Source: Eledone cirrhosa (taxonomy: Eukaryota). Taken from it: DNA of 64,000 bases. The DNA lies in assembly GCA_964016885.1 (NCBI GenBank), contig OZ024743.1:8060001-8124000 (forward strand), read 5' to 3'. Under the pieces are notes generated by a model. That model saw nothing but the letters and a program-made list of their open reading frames with translations, did not search any database and had not been told where the DNA came from. Position numbers and translations under genes: made by a program. Shown here in pieces: positions 13,659 through 26,634 of this stretch (its first letter is position 1; each line of letters opens with the position of its first letter).

Positions 13659-15354
13659 ATGATAGTTAAAGGGTTAGATGATAGTGACTGATAATGATTG
13701 AGAGAAAAAGGCACTCAAACAAGAAATGAAAGAGAAGGGGAACGTTGTAATTAAATACACCTGAATATGCGTATATATGTATATATGTGTGTATGTATGT
13801 AATGAAAGGGATGCTAACATAGTGAGCCTAAATATTTTAATTAATCAAAATTAAATCAGTACTTCCAGCTTCCAGGCATCACCATCAATAATTTTTTTTG
13901 TTTTGTTTTCTAAACAGAATACGAGTATACTTGAAAATACATTATCCAATCTATTCTTCCTTCCTTAAAGATGATAGAGTGTGATGCGAGGCACATTTGA
14001 TAGCTCTTTCTAACATGTTCACCAATGACGTAGAGGCTCCTTCATTGGCTCAGTTAATCTGTGATGCGTAGCGAATATTTAACTGTCCGTTAGTTGACCA
14101 TGTTTTTTTTGTGTATTTAAGACTACATTTTTTCATTATGTCCTTCGCTTTTCCAAACCACAGGGCGGTGATATGGGGGAGATTCGGCTGCTATTTCTAG
14201 CAGGCAGAGCAACTAACCAGTGGTTTTCTTATTGGTTCGTGAATATTTATGTTTAGATGTAAAAGCTTGTGGCTTAGTGATTCGAATGTCCGTAAGGTTA
14301 TAAGTTTGGTTCCAGGCAGCGCATTGTGCCCTTGAACAAGACACTTTATTTTAAGTTGCTACATTCCACTCAGCTGGTAAAACTGAGCTGTATCTGTAAT
14401 TCAAAGGACCGGCCTTGTCACACACGGTGTTATGCTGAATCCCATGAGAACTACGTTAAGCGGACACGTGTCTATAGAAAGTTCAACTACTGGCAGTCTA
14501 ATTTCACGAACAAGCTGTTCCGTTGTCAGAACAAATGGAAAACTCGTCGGAACCGACGGAAGTCCTACAACAGTGGCAGTTTATGGCAAATACGTGCACG
14601 AAAGAGAGAAAGGCAAGTTATCTGAATCAAACCTGCCAACTTTCCCAGTCCGGCGAGAAGATCTCCCACCCACTTTGGGCTAGCTGAGAAATCTCTTCTC
14701 TAGTGAAAATGGGTATAACTTTCATTATGTAAAATTTCTCGGTGGATTGGCAGTATCGGTAGAAACGCCATGCTTTCCAGCATAGTTACGTCCCTTTACG
14801 ATCTGAGTTCAAATCCCGCCGAGGTTGACTTTGCCTTTCATCCTTACGGGGTCGATAAAATAAAGTACCAGTAATGCACTGGATAATTGCTGGCCTTGTG
14901 CCTAAAGTAGAAACAATTATGTAAAATTTATCCATTTTGCCTCATTTCACCCCATTTTGAGGTACTTTTTTTCATGGTACTCCCTGTTTGGGTTTTTAAA
15001 GGTTAGCATGTCTGCTGAATGTCTGAACAGCTTGTTGAAGAATGAACAACACTGTGTTAACATACAACCGTATTTCTAAATGATTTCCTGTATTATAAAA
15101 ATAACTATTGTAAAGATTAGTGAATAGGAGAAGATCTATGCCGAACTTATGAGAAACCTGTAGATACTCCATCCTGAGTATAGCTATAGGTCTGTACCTG
15201 AGATCACTATGGCACTTATGGATATATTACTAACTCTTGAAGAAGGGCTAACGTACGACACGTCGAACTTTCTTTCCCCTCTTCCATATAAAGCGTGAAA
15301 CTAATGACACTTTTTGTATCTCTGTTTTGTCGTTTCCTTGAATTATATATATAT

Positions 15355-15630
15355 TAAAATAACAGATTAAAGTTTAAGCAAAGAATCGCTGCTTTCACCC
15401 TTATATATACATACATTTACATAAGCACAGATTAAAAGCAAATAATTTGTGCTTTCACCCTAAGCGGGGTCAATCTGTAGACGCAGAAGTAAATACTTCA
15501 AAACATTACGACCAAATATTGCCTTTAGAAAATAGAAAGACATCGATAGCGTTCCAGATGACCTCCGCTTAGGGTGACAGCAGAAATTATTTGCTTAAAC
15601 TTTTAATCTGTGCTAATAATAAATATGTGT
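15355..15630. mobile_element. Fold-back insertion plus adjacent partial copy
   Basis: Arms about 15424-15476 / 15556-15614; 15359-15402 nearly identical to 53884-53927. Confidence 0.6.
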
Positions 15631-15812
15631 TGTACGGGTTCATATATACTTATATAAATATATAAGTATATATGTCCTCTCTTGACTTTGGTCTTTGTAT
15701 TTATTATTACTAGTGGTAAGAAAGTCTCAGGAGAGCTGGACAACAGAGGGTCTTCGGAGAAGAAAAACCCTCAAGCGAGTGTTTTGGCCTTTATATATAT
15801 ATATAGAGAGAG

Positions 15813-16117
15813 AGAGTGTAGGAATTATCCAAAAAAACGGAAAATCAGTGATGCATCTGGACTTAGTTTATTTCGTGTTACAAATGTTTCGCCGGCATGT
15901 AGCTCGAGTCATGGTCCTTGTATGGATCTGGCTGATTCTACTTCTACGGGTTCTTTCAGACACGTCTGTTATGTCCGTAACAAATTTTATCACTCAGTGA
16001 TAAATGTCCAGATGCATCACTGATTTTTCGGTTTTTTGGATAATTCCTACACTCTACTCTGATGAATATCGAGTGCTAATTTTGGCATACCGCCTACGGA
16101 AGCACCTTAGCTACCAC
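15813..16117. mobile_element. Fold-back insertion in TA/GA microsatellite
   Basis: Arms 15813-15862 / 16006-16055; overhang containing TCGAGTGCT. Confidence 0.7.
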
Positions 16118-16125
16118 TATACACA

Positions 16126-16158
<33 letters not shown>

Positions 16159-16271
16159 TGGTAAACGGAAAAGAAAATGCTGACAAATTGTTCCCAGTGA
16201 AAAATAGTTTAATTAGGAATAAGTAAAAATTAGTAATAGTATTGGTTAGTATTCAGTTTTGGTTATTCTTT

Positions 16272-16315
<44 letters not shown>

Positions 16316-16970
16316 AATGTGTATATATATATATATATATATAAATGTGTGTGTGTGTGTGTGTGCACATATATAATTCCGATCCTAGAGATCCAAAGAT
16401 GCAATGATATCCCCCACCCAAAGACCTACATACATGCAGGCAGACAGACGTAGTTGCCTTTAATCTTTTCTGTTGTAAAGTTCAATGAAAGAGCTTTCTT
16501 TCTATACTAGAAATAAACTTTCTCTCTATTAATGAGAAATACCCCCTCCCCCTCCCACCAAAAAATCCAGAACATACACGTATATATACAAACGTATATG
16601 TGTGTGTGTGGGGGGGGGGTGTAATAAATGTAAACGTTTGTGAGTTTGTCTTAAAACAACGTCACCATTTCTCAACGAATCTTTATATAATTTGGCAGAC
16701 ATTCAGATCCATCCCTGAATAACCTGTGAACAAAGCAATCCTGACTCCCACCCTCCCCTCGGGTAAGCAGTGAGTATTTCATATTGGAGATATAAACTGA
16801 AAGTTCTGTGATGGTAGTCATCATTCAACTGCAAGCTCTCCCTTTAATCCCCCCCTCTCTCTCTCACACACACACACACATTTTTTACATATACGTCAGT
16901 GCGTATGTATGTGTATATATTCATATACACGCATGTGTTTGTATTTACGATTGTGTTTATATGTATGTAC

Positions 16971-18545
16971 ATCATCATCGTTTTACTGCCATTTTTTACA
17001 TGCTTGCATGGGTTTCATGGGTCTTTTCCAGTAAAGTATCTCTCCTTTATGAGATTCAGTGATTTTGAGGTCAGCTTTCACAACTTCTGTCCAGGACTTC
17101 CTTGGCCTCTACGGTACATCCCTTTCATTGGAATTTCCTGGTACCTTTCCATCCAACGTCCATACGCATCACATACCCATACTAGCGCAGTTTTCTCTAC
17201 TTCTCACTACATTTGATTCCTTTTATATCCAGCTTTATGGCGGCGAATTGGCATAGTCGTTAGAACGTCGAATAGATAGCTTTGCAGTATTCGGCTCTCT
17301 TGAGTTCAAATCCTGCCGAGATCAAATTTGCCTTTCATATCCTTTCGAGGACGATAGAAAAAATGTGCCAGTCTAATACTGGGATCGATTCTTCCTCTAT
17401 ATCTCTTTCTCACATATTCTTCTCTCTCTCTCTCGATTTCTATCCTTCTCTGGAAGAAATCTTCTGTGTTCAGACCTCGAGAGGGGATGCGCTCCTGGAG
17501 AGGTGATGCCCAAGAAATGCCGTATGCCACTACGGCGTCCCTACGACTCCACCAGGAGATACGGGACCACACCATATCCAGCTTTCCTTTCAGTTCTTCC
17601 ATGTTTATCGTTCATACACAATAGCATTGTACATCCATTGGAGCGTGTTTGCTTCATTTCTCTCTAGCGTTCGCATGCCCTCTGCATTCATTTTTCATGT
17701 CTTATTCCCATGCTAAATCGTACTTTGCGCACAGACATCCTACAACCGGCCTTTCTTTCATAGAATAGAGAGAAACCTTTGGTTGTCAATAGTGGTAGTT
17801 GCTCCCTCAACTTTTTCCATTCTGTTCTTATTCTAGCTACTATGTTCTCAGAGCAACCTCTTCCACAGTTAATGAGAATCCCCGGGTAGCGGAAGCTATC
17901 AGTCACTTCTATGGATCCTTCCCGTGATTGGAAAAAGTTTATTTCACTGATGCTCTTACTATCAACTATTCCTATACACCTGCCCCATTAAAAGACTACT
18001 TTTTCTCTTAGTCTGCATGCTATCCGTGTGTCCCCATGATTTTCATTGTATACATTGTATAGAGTTTCCACCTACTCCTTTTCTACATATCAAGCGGGGT
18101 TACTTCCCTGATGGGATCAAAGGCTTCTTTTCTTTCCTACTTAGCAAAACTTTTGTTTTTACGACATTTACTCTACGACCTTTCTTCTCTAGCCGTTCCA
18201 CTGATTTGGCTATGAGAACCAGGTCGTCGGCATACAGAAGTTTCCATCAACAGCCTGTCTTCAACTCTTCTGTTATGGCCTGGTGAACTATAATAAACAG
18301 GAGTGGGCTGAGGACTGAGGACTGAGTCCTGATGAACAGCTATCTGCACATAGAGTTTCTCATTAAACTCATTACCTACTCTCACTTTACTTACAGCTTC
18401 TCTATACAAGGCTTGGACTTTTCTCACAAACCATTCTTCTACACCTAGTTTCTTTAAGGGCCACCAGATGACAGATCGTGGTACTTTGTCAAAAGCCTTC
18501 TCCAGAACAGTTGAAATTAGATATAGCGGCTTACACTTAGGAACT
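16971..18545 (-). mobile_element. Decayed RTE LINE interrupted by a SINE
   Basis: Remnants 'REAVSKVRVGNEF', 'VHQDSVLSP', 'ARIRTEWKKLREQLPLLTTKGFSL'; CATCATCAT tail at 16971. Confidence 0.8.
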
Positions 18546-19271
18546 TCAATACATGTGCCTATGCATTCATATTTACAGATTATGTGTTTGTAAGTAAATC
18601 TAGGTGTATGTGCGTAAGCAAGTTTTTAATAAATTCATAAACACGTATAATAGGTTTATGTCAGCGCGCGCGCACGTATATAGATGTATATGCACACATT
18701 ACAGGTTTGTATGTTTGTGTATAGATTCATATTGTGTTTTTATGTATATGTGTGTGTATGTAAATTCATATATACGCATTAGGGGTTTTCGTGTGTGACT
18801 TTGTGTGTATTTTTGATCTTGCCTCTCGTTGTGAGGTGTGTGTATGTATGTAAATGTGTGCGTGTGTATGTAGATATGTATATTTCGCGGCCTAAGAATT
18901 CATATATATGCTTGTAAATCTTGCTCTGCATGTATTCTCGGGTCCCAAATAATACGGGGGGGGGGGGGTCTTGGACATTTACTTAAATTCTTATAAGCGG
19001 GGAGTGAGATAGAATAAACAGGGGGGGTCGGTAATTGTATAGTGTACGTTGGTAAATATGGGATTTCTTGTAATGTTCTTTTTTTGTCATATATATTTTT
19101 TTTAATGTAAAATAAAATTATTATAAGATTCTCTAGCTGCAGTATCAATATGAATCACTTACAATAAAATTTCGTCGGAGATAGATTAGTAAAATTTAAT
19201 AAGCGAGGATTGGGAAACATCTGAAAAATTAATAAGCGGGGGTAGGGACGATTATTCAAGACTTGAGTATA

Positions 19272-19319
<48 letters not shown>

Positions 19320-19503
19320 CAAGTGTATGTGTGTGTGTCATCGAAACAGTGGGTACACAGTTTTTAATCGCTATGCAATTTGTAGGAACTTCATAAAAAC
19401 TATCGTACTCTAACTCGCTAAAGTTTAACAAAAATCAAAACAAAACAAAATAAAGAAACAAACAAAAACACTACGTGTATGGGTTTGTATATGTGTGTGT
19501 ATG

Positions 19504-19572
<69 letters not shown>

Positions 19573-19656
19573 GGCCTATTACCCACTCTACTATCCAAAG
19601 TATCGAGTACTTTGGTGCGTTATGGTCCACCTGGTTCCTTACTACACTTCCTTCGT

Positions 19657-19689
<33 letters not shown>

Positions 19690-20102
19690 TCACTATACAC
19701 ACAAGGACAAACATATATTTTTGTATATCAGTAACACATTTTTTAAAGTAGAATAATTTTTGCAAATAACAAAAATTATTATATGATCAATATGTAGTGA
19801 ATTTTCAGCCAAAAATTATTGATTATACAGACATTTATAAATAGAACATTTACACACAGAATATGATTTAGAAAATAAATGAATCAATAGAAATTAAGCA
19901 GGAAAAGAAAACTACTAAATTACAAAATAATTTATATTTGTAGAGTTTAGTTATCCAGCGTTTGGTTGTACAATAACCCCTTTGTGTTGCAAGTGACATT
20001 CTGTTAAAGCGTCCGGAACATTACAATTGCTATTTTTTGAAAGTATTAATCAACTGTATATAAAGTTCTTTTGTTTCTATCCGACCTGCATGGATTTCTA
20101 GG

Positions 20103-20143
<41 letters not shown>

Positions 20144-21062
20144 TATTCATTTATTTGGGATCCACTTTCACTTTGTCAAACCGCACCTAGTATTATTGTG
20201 TTTGGCGGCGAGCATTCTGGGGTTTATATATATATATATACACACACACATTATATATATAAGAAAAAAACAAGGGGTAGCTAATTAATCCATTGTTTTA
20301 CTATCGTTCCAGAGATCAAAATTATCGATAGTCTACCCTGATTAAGTACAACACACACACATGTATGTGTGTGAGTGTATGTATGTGTGTATGTAAGTGC
20401 GTATATATATATATATATATATATATACGATATTAAACAAATGGAAACTATATTTATAAAACCATATTTATTTCGTTATATATATTTCTGGGATATCATA
20501 TTAAAAATATGGTATGCCCTACTCCAAAAACTGTTGAGTGCTTTTATATCAGTTATAAAATATTTACTCGTTGTAACCCAACAATTTTAAATAAATCTTT
20601 TGCATATATATATATATATAATGTTTATTGAATTCCATCTAATTCGAAGAAAGACAAAAGCAATATCGACGCAAAAGAAAGACAAATCATCTTTGTTTAT
20701 AATTATTGCTTTTCTTTCGAGTAAATTTGACTTTTGTCTCTTTTTCGAGTTTAGTAGAAAAATAAATAAAACTGTTGTGTTAACCCCAGTTACAATGTGA
20801 TAGACAAAATGATAACTGTAATTTAACAAAGTGAAAGTGGTTCCCTATATCCAAGGTTCGCTGAATACATATTCTACGAACCTAAACATTCTGCGAGAAA
20901 TGTTTTGTAAACATTGACAATGCAAGTTGTTCATTACAGCAGTCTATTTTTAAAATTACGACCGCACACCAGACGGTTTTTAACAAAAATCAGCTGCTTT
21001 TCTCCCTTCACTCAATTTTTCTTTCTTACATTCTCGTTATAAGCGATTAACTTTCATTTAAA

Positions 21063-21105
<43 letters not shown>

Positions 21106-21479
21106 ATCGTAGAAAGCTAATAGCGATACTCCGATAAGGAGTTGACGGACCCAGCATATTTAACAATATATATATATACTCTTTTACCTGTTCAAGCCAT
21201 CCGGCTGAGGCCATGCTGGGGCACCGCATATATATATAAATATACATTATATATAATATACATAATATATATATATATATACAATATATAATACACACAA
21301 TATACATATATATAATATATATTTGTGTGTGTGTGTGTGTGTGTGTCTAAAATATATATATATATTAAATTTTGAAAATATGAAATATGTTAGCTTAAAG
21401 TATGTTGCTTCAACGCAGGCTTTTTTACTATAAAAAAAATGGTCAAACAAGTTGGGCACATAAGCCCCTAGTAAAGGGA

Positions 21480-21625
21480 AAAGGCGGAGGGCAGCATCAC
21501 CTGTGGGATTTGAACTCACACTTGCCGTACGCCGGACATATATTATACATACACGCGCGCGCATACGTCTATTCGTCCATACGGCATAATTCGAACGAGA
21601 AGACTGTGGTCGCTTTACCTGCAAA
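21480..21625 (+). promoter_or_regulatory. Candidate CpG-rich promoter / first-exon region of FBXL14
   Basis: Non-repeat CpG-dense patch (GGCGGAGGG, CCGTACGCCGG, CGCGCGCGC) about 450-600 bp upstream of the ORF. Confidence 0.35.
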
Positions 21626-22065
21626 AAATAGCAGCAAAATCACACCTTACTATTTTAATTAAAGGATACACTGGATAATATAGTTCCTGGCGTATAAAAT
21701 ACTGGGTAGTCACGGTTGGAATACGAGCAGTCATACGGCTAAGCAACAACTAATGTGCTTATATTTATTAACTATACACAATACATGAGCAGTTGTATTT
21801 CAGTTTTTATTCAATAAATATAAAAGTTTACACTTGAAAAGATAATTATAAATATTTATCGACCGTTATTAACATGCAGGTGCTTTGTTGTCTAAACAGT
21901 TCTGATATAAACACATTTGAATGGAACACAGTGTCATGTGACCTCCTTCTAACCCTCTCCGAAACAATAAACCTCTGTAAGGAGTGTTCACAATATACTT
22001 TGTTGGGAGTCGTATCAGTGTAAATAAAAGAGAAGGGGGAGTAACTACCAATGTGAGGAGGCAGG

Positions 22066-24066
22066 ATGTTTGTTAACCTTTGCTTGGAGAAGTGGCACCA
22101 CCACCACAGATGTATAATAAAAATGGAGTCCAATGAAATGGAAGAAAGCGGCCAGTATAACAACACACCAACTACCTGTACGGTAAGCAGTCCTTTGCTT
22201 TTTAGAAATGGCAACACTCACTCAACTAATAAGCGAGAAGAAAACAAAGCCACTCCTTACAATTTATCGAATAGCTGTAAGATTTCTAGTCGAACCAAAC
22301 ACGAACTGCTTTGTGATGGAAGTAATTCTTATTCTCAATGCGACTCAGAAATCCGATCTGAATCTCGTCGTTGTCCTTCTGAAAGTCTTCGATCGTCATC
22401 TGCTGTTCACCACCAAGCATCACATTCTGAAGTACTTCTGCATTCTACCGGCAAAAGTAGCAGTAGTAATAGTAATTCGAAGCACCACAGCCACCGTAAT
22501 TATCACCAACCCCGTCACCATCATAGCCATCGTAAACACTATAGTCGTTTGAAAAATAATCGTAGCCCTAACTACCAAACATCTCAGTTCGATGAAAACA
22601 TTCAAATGACAACTTGCCACGGACGACGATCGGCAGATAACTGCCTGTATAACAAAAGTAGTCGGAATCATCACAATCATACGATCACCAATAATACAAG
22701 TTGCAGTAATAGTAGTTGTGGTATTGGCAGCAACTGCATGAAGGTTTCTCCGAAATTTTCTTCCTCAGTCTCTATACATCGGTCTACCTCCAATAACAAT
22801 CGAACAAACTCCAACTTGTCTCCACCACCTTCTTCGGACAGGATATTGCCACCTACCTCTCCATCTCCCCCTCCAGTGACTGAAGAGCCCGTTCACAGTT
22901 TGTTTCCTGAGTTACTGGTAATGATATTCTGCTATTTAGATGTGAAGAACAAGGGTCGTGTGGCCCAAGTATGTAGTCGCTGGCGGGACGCTGCTTATTC
23001 TCGCACTGTGTGGCGTGGAGTTGAAGCTAAAATCCACCTTCGTCGTTCAAACCCTTCTTTATTCCGTAGTCTTGCCAAACGTGGAATCCGCAGAATTCAA
23101 ATACTAAGCTTAAAACGAAGCCTTCGTGATGTTGTAGCTGGTATTCCAGACCTGGAAAGTCTTAACCTGAGTGGATGTTACAGTATCACAGATGCTGGTT
23201 TAGGCCAAGCTCTTCTCTACCGGTTGCCTTTGGTTAGTGAACTCAATCTCAGTCTGTGCAAGCAGACAACAGACTACAGCCTGAGCCGGATTGCTATGTA
23301 TCTTAAAAATTTAAAAGTATTACATTTAGGTGGTTGTTCTCTCATAACGAATGCAGGTTTGTTTGTTATATCCTATGGACTAGTCAACTTGCAATCACTT
23401 GATTTGAGGAGCTGTCGTTATCTTTCAGATCAAGGGATTGCTTACTTGGCAGGACTTGGTAATGATATAACTACGCAGGGTAACCTAGCTCTTGAACATC
23501 TTTGTTTACAGGACTGTCAGAAACTTACGGATCAGTCACTACACTATATGAGTCTTGGGTTGAAAAATTTGCTTAAAGTGAACCTTAGTTTTTGTGGTGG
23601 TGTCACTGATACAGGATTACAATATTTGGCCAAAATGCCCAGCTTGCGTGAAATTAACCTTGCCAGTTGTGATTTAGTGACTGATACGGGACTTGCACAT
23701 TTAGCACGTGGTGGTTCACATATTACATCTTTAGATGTGAGCTTTTGTGATAAAATCGGAGATGGAGGCTTGAGCCGTCTAGCTGAAGGACTCTTTAACC
23801 TTGAATGTCTCAGTTTGAGTGCATGTAACATCAGTGACAATGGTATTGGCTATATCACACAGAATATGCATGGTTTAACAACATTAAATATTGGTCAGTG
23901 TCATCGTATTACTGATCGTGGACTGAATCTAATTGCAGACAATCTGAAAAAACTCTCCTGTATGGACCTCTATGGTTGCACACAAATATCTGCAAAAGGT
24001 CTTGAACGGATTATGCAACTGCCAAGTTTATCAAGTTTAAATTTGGGTTTGTGGCACAAAAGGTGA
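22066..24066 (+). CDS. FBXL14: F-box/leucine-rich repeat protein 14 (Partner of paired-like), single uninterrupted ORF with long low-complexity N-terminus
   Basis: 666-aa ORF. F-box 'HSLFPELLVMIFCYLDVKNKGRVAQVCSRWRDAAY' is followed by 'VWRGVEAKIHLRRSNPSLFRSL', cysteine-containing LRRs (LNLSGC, LNLSLCKQ, LQDCQKLTD, NLSFCGGVTD) and the ending 'LNLGLW', all typical of FBXL14/Ppa. True start uncertain (22066 or 22123). Confidence 0.95.
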   Translation: MFVNLCLEKWHHHHRCIIKMESNEMEESGQYNNTPTTCTVSSPLLFRNGNTHSTNKREENKATPYNLSNSCKISSRTKHELLCDGSNSYSQCDSEIRSESRRCPSESLRSSSAVHHQASHSEVLLHSTGKSSSSNSNSKHHSHRNYHQPRHHHSHRKHYSRLKNNRSPNYQTSQFDENIQMTTCHGRRSADNCLYNKSSRNHHNHTITNNTSCSNSSCGIGSNCMKVSPKFSSSVSIHRSTSNNNRTNSNLSPPPSSDRILPPTSPSPPPVTEEPVHSLFPELLVMIFCYLDVKNKGRVAQVCSRWRDAAYSRTVWRGVEAKIHLRRSNPSLFRSLAKRGIRRIQILSLKRSLRDVVAGIPDLESLNLSGCYSITDAGLGQALLYRLPLVSELNLSLCKQTTDYSLSRIAMYLKNLKVLHLGGCSLITNAGLFVISYGLVNLQSLDLRSCRYLSDQGIAYLAGLGNDITTQGNLALEHLCLQDCQKLTDQSLHYMSLGLKNLLKVNLSFCGGVTDTGLQYLAKMPSLREINLASCDLVTDTGLAHLARGGSHITSLDVSFCDKIGDGGLSRLAEGLFNLECLSLSACNISDNGIGYITQNMHGLTTLNIGQCHRITDRGLNLIADNLKKLSCMDLYGCTQISAKGLERIMQLPSLSSLNLGLWHKR

Positions 24067-24724
24067 CACAAGTAATCAAATTGATTTATTGTCTTTATTT
24101 TTGTGCAGGTTAAATTTATCTCCTGTTTGTCTGTATACTTGTTTGATTTTTAACCTGGAATGGATGATGTCAGACTGTTCATATAAGAATATATTCTTAT
24201 GGCAGTTAAAAATACTGAAATCTGCATGTCTTGCAATTTGCTTGATTTCATTTACCTGAAACAATGCCTTTATTCTTCGATCCAAAGTCAACTTAGGAAC
24301 CAGGAATGCTGCAAAATATGTTGGAAAAAAAAAAGAAAAGACAAACATTAGGGAACATATTGACACAAAAATGTAAAAAAAAAACAAAAAAAAAAAAAAA
24401 CACCTAAGTATACAAGCTATAATATTTATTATTTTGATCAGAAATGTTTTATATTTTGCTTATAAACAGTAAATGCATTTTGTTCAGTCATTTATTTAAT
24501 TTTTTTTTATCTCTTGAAATGATATTGAGAAGCAATAATGATATGAAAACAAGGTCAGCAGATTGGTTAAAAATCATATTCAATTGAACCATCACTTCAG
24601 AATTAAAAAATACAAAAAATGATTATTAACAAAGATGCTTTATTGTTGTACACTTATTAGTCTATATTTCATAGGAAATATATAGTTGCTAGAAATGTTT
24701 TTGTTACCACTAATTTTTGTGGTG

Positions 24725-25232
24725 CATACATGGCTGGGAGGTTCAGTTTCACTGTGAGACACCTTCGGTAAGTTCCACTGTGTGACATCTGCTATAGCCT
24801 GGATTTGACCAGTGCCTTGTGAGTGAAATTTGATAGACGGAAATTGTAAGGTGGTTGTGCTGGTGCCATGACAAAAAGCACTCAGTCCACCCTGTAAGAT
24901 GGTCATACTGGTGTCATAATAAAAGCACCCAGTCCACCTTGTATGGTGGGCATGCTGGTGCCATGACAAAAGCATTCAGTCAACCTAGTAAGTTGGTTCT
25001 GCTGGTGTCACAACAAAAGTGTCTAGTACACCCTGTAAGGTGCTGGTGCCACAAAAAAAAGTTCTAGTACATGATGTAAAGTGATTGGCATTAGGTAGGG
25101 CATCCAACTGTAAAAAAAAAACAATCCAAAACTGGTGTATGAAGAAGACATGGTTACCTGATCTGATTATTCTCATAAAGTGACAGCCCATCTAACCCAT
25201 GCAAGAATGGAACATAGACATTAAATGAGGAT
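24725..25232 (+). mobile_element. RTE-related SINE with about 40-bp internal tandem units (relatives at about 29165-29460, 29960-30130, 39823-39980)
   Basis: Units GGTGCCAYGACAAAAAGCACCCAG..CTGTAA, then a TTAGGAAGGGCATCCA.CTGTA-like motif and a (GAT)n-type tail shared with the RTE 3' UTR. Confidence 0.7.
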
Positions 25233-25625
25233 GATATATATATATTTCAAAATGTGAGAATCCTAGACTCAGAAAATACATTTGATTACTATAGATAATA
25301 GCTGAAAAATTTGGATAAATTATCCTTAGCGATGGAAAACAGTGGCCAGAGACAGCTATAAGGAATCAAAACCTGTAGCTCTTGAATACCACTTGGGTGT
25401 GTTACTTTTATGCTAAGGTGTAACTGAAAATTTCCCATCTATTTTAGGATGCTATACTATACAGGTTAGGATAAGAGTGTAGCCAGAAGTAAACATACTC
25501 TATGAATTATCAAAGGGCTTTGTGTTTTGAAATGTAAAAATCCCAAATGCAGAAAATAACTGCAATAGCAGTCGATTGCTATAGATAATGTCTGAGAAAA
25601 TCAGGTAAATTATCCCTATATATAC

Positions 25626-26310
25626 ATCATCATTTTACGCCCGCTTTTCCTTGCTTGCAAGGGTGGGACAGGTCCTTTTCAGCACAGCATCTCTCCATTC
25701 ATCACGGTCCTTCATCATCTCTGTGAGGTCAGCTCTCACCACCTCTGCCCATGTTTTTCGTGGTCTTCCTCTACTGTGTCTTCCTTCCACTGGGGTTTCT
25801 TGGCACTTGTTCACCCAGCGGTCATCTTCCATGTGCATCACATGGCCATACCAATGCAGTCTTCTCTCCCGCACACTACAGTTTATCCTCCTTATACACA
25901 GTTTCATTCTCAACTTGTCTATGCTTGGTCGTTCATGCACATTGACATTGCACATCCATCAGAGCGTGCTTGCTTCATTTCTCTCCAGCCGTTGCATATC
26001 CTCTATAGTTGCTGCCCATGTCTCACTACCATACAGCATCGCGCATCTCACACAGGCATCATATAACCGACCTTTCATATATAGGGAGAAACCCTTCGTT
26101 GTCAACAGAGGAAGCAGCTCCCTAAACTTCTTCCATCCTGTACTTTTTCTAGATACTATGGCCTTGGAGCATCCTCCTCCCTTGTTAATCTGATCTCCTA
26201 GGTATCGGAAGCTATCAACCACCTCTATAGATCCTACCTGCATTTGAAAAATGTGCCTATCACTGGCACTTCTATTAAATTTCCTTGAACATCTACTGCA
26301 TATGTGTATG
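25626..26310 (-). mobile_element. RTE LINE 3' fragment (subfamily of 37773-39254)
   Basis: ORFs 25959-26243 and 25635-25955 match the RTE C-terminus; CATCATCAT tail. Confidence 0.9.
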
Positions 26311-26634
26311 TCCCCTCATTTATGTTTACATTTGTACCTGTATATGTGATTATAGCCTGCAACTTAGTTTGACATTAATAGAGATTGATAATATAAGTAC
26401 TAGACTTGAGAAATTAAGTATTGGTGCTTGATGTACTCAACTAAATTCATATATATGTATATATATATCATCACTACATAACATATATTTTCCACGTTTG
26501 TCGCTTTATGAGACAATTCAATTCATGTGTTTATATAATGTTCATATATTTATATATATATATTCACATATAAATATATACTTGGTAAATATATCTAGGT
26601 GCTACTGTACTTCTATGAATACAGGAATAAATGT

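Larger units (their letters stand above)
8232..14919. mobile_element. Five dispersed SINE family 1 copies within this span: about 8232-8392 +, 9259-9440 -, 10865-11060 +, 12824-13041 -, 14740-14919 +
   Basis: Same B-box, core and tail as 2555-2943. Confidence 0.9.

Noticed and set aside
24375-24400. A-rich run after intronless FBXL14 as evidence of a retrocopy
   Set aside because: The ORF is intact, the family is essentially single-coding-exon in other animals, and no poly(A) signal or target duplication is evident.
24850-25085. About 40-bp periodic repeats resembling a CRISPR array
   Set aside because: Whole units are homologous with no unique spacers, they belong to a SINE, and the context is eukaryotic with no cas genes.
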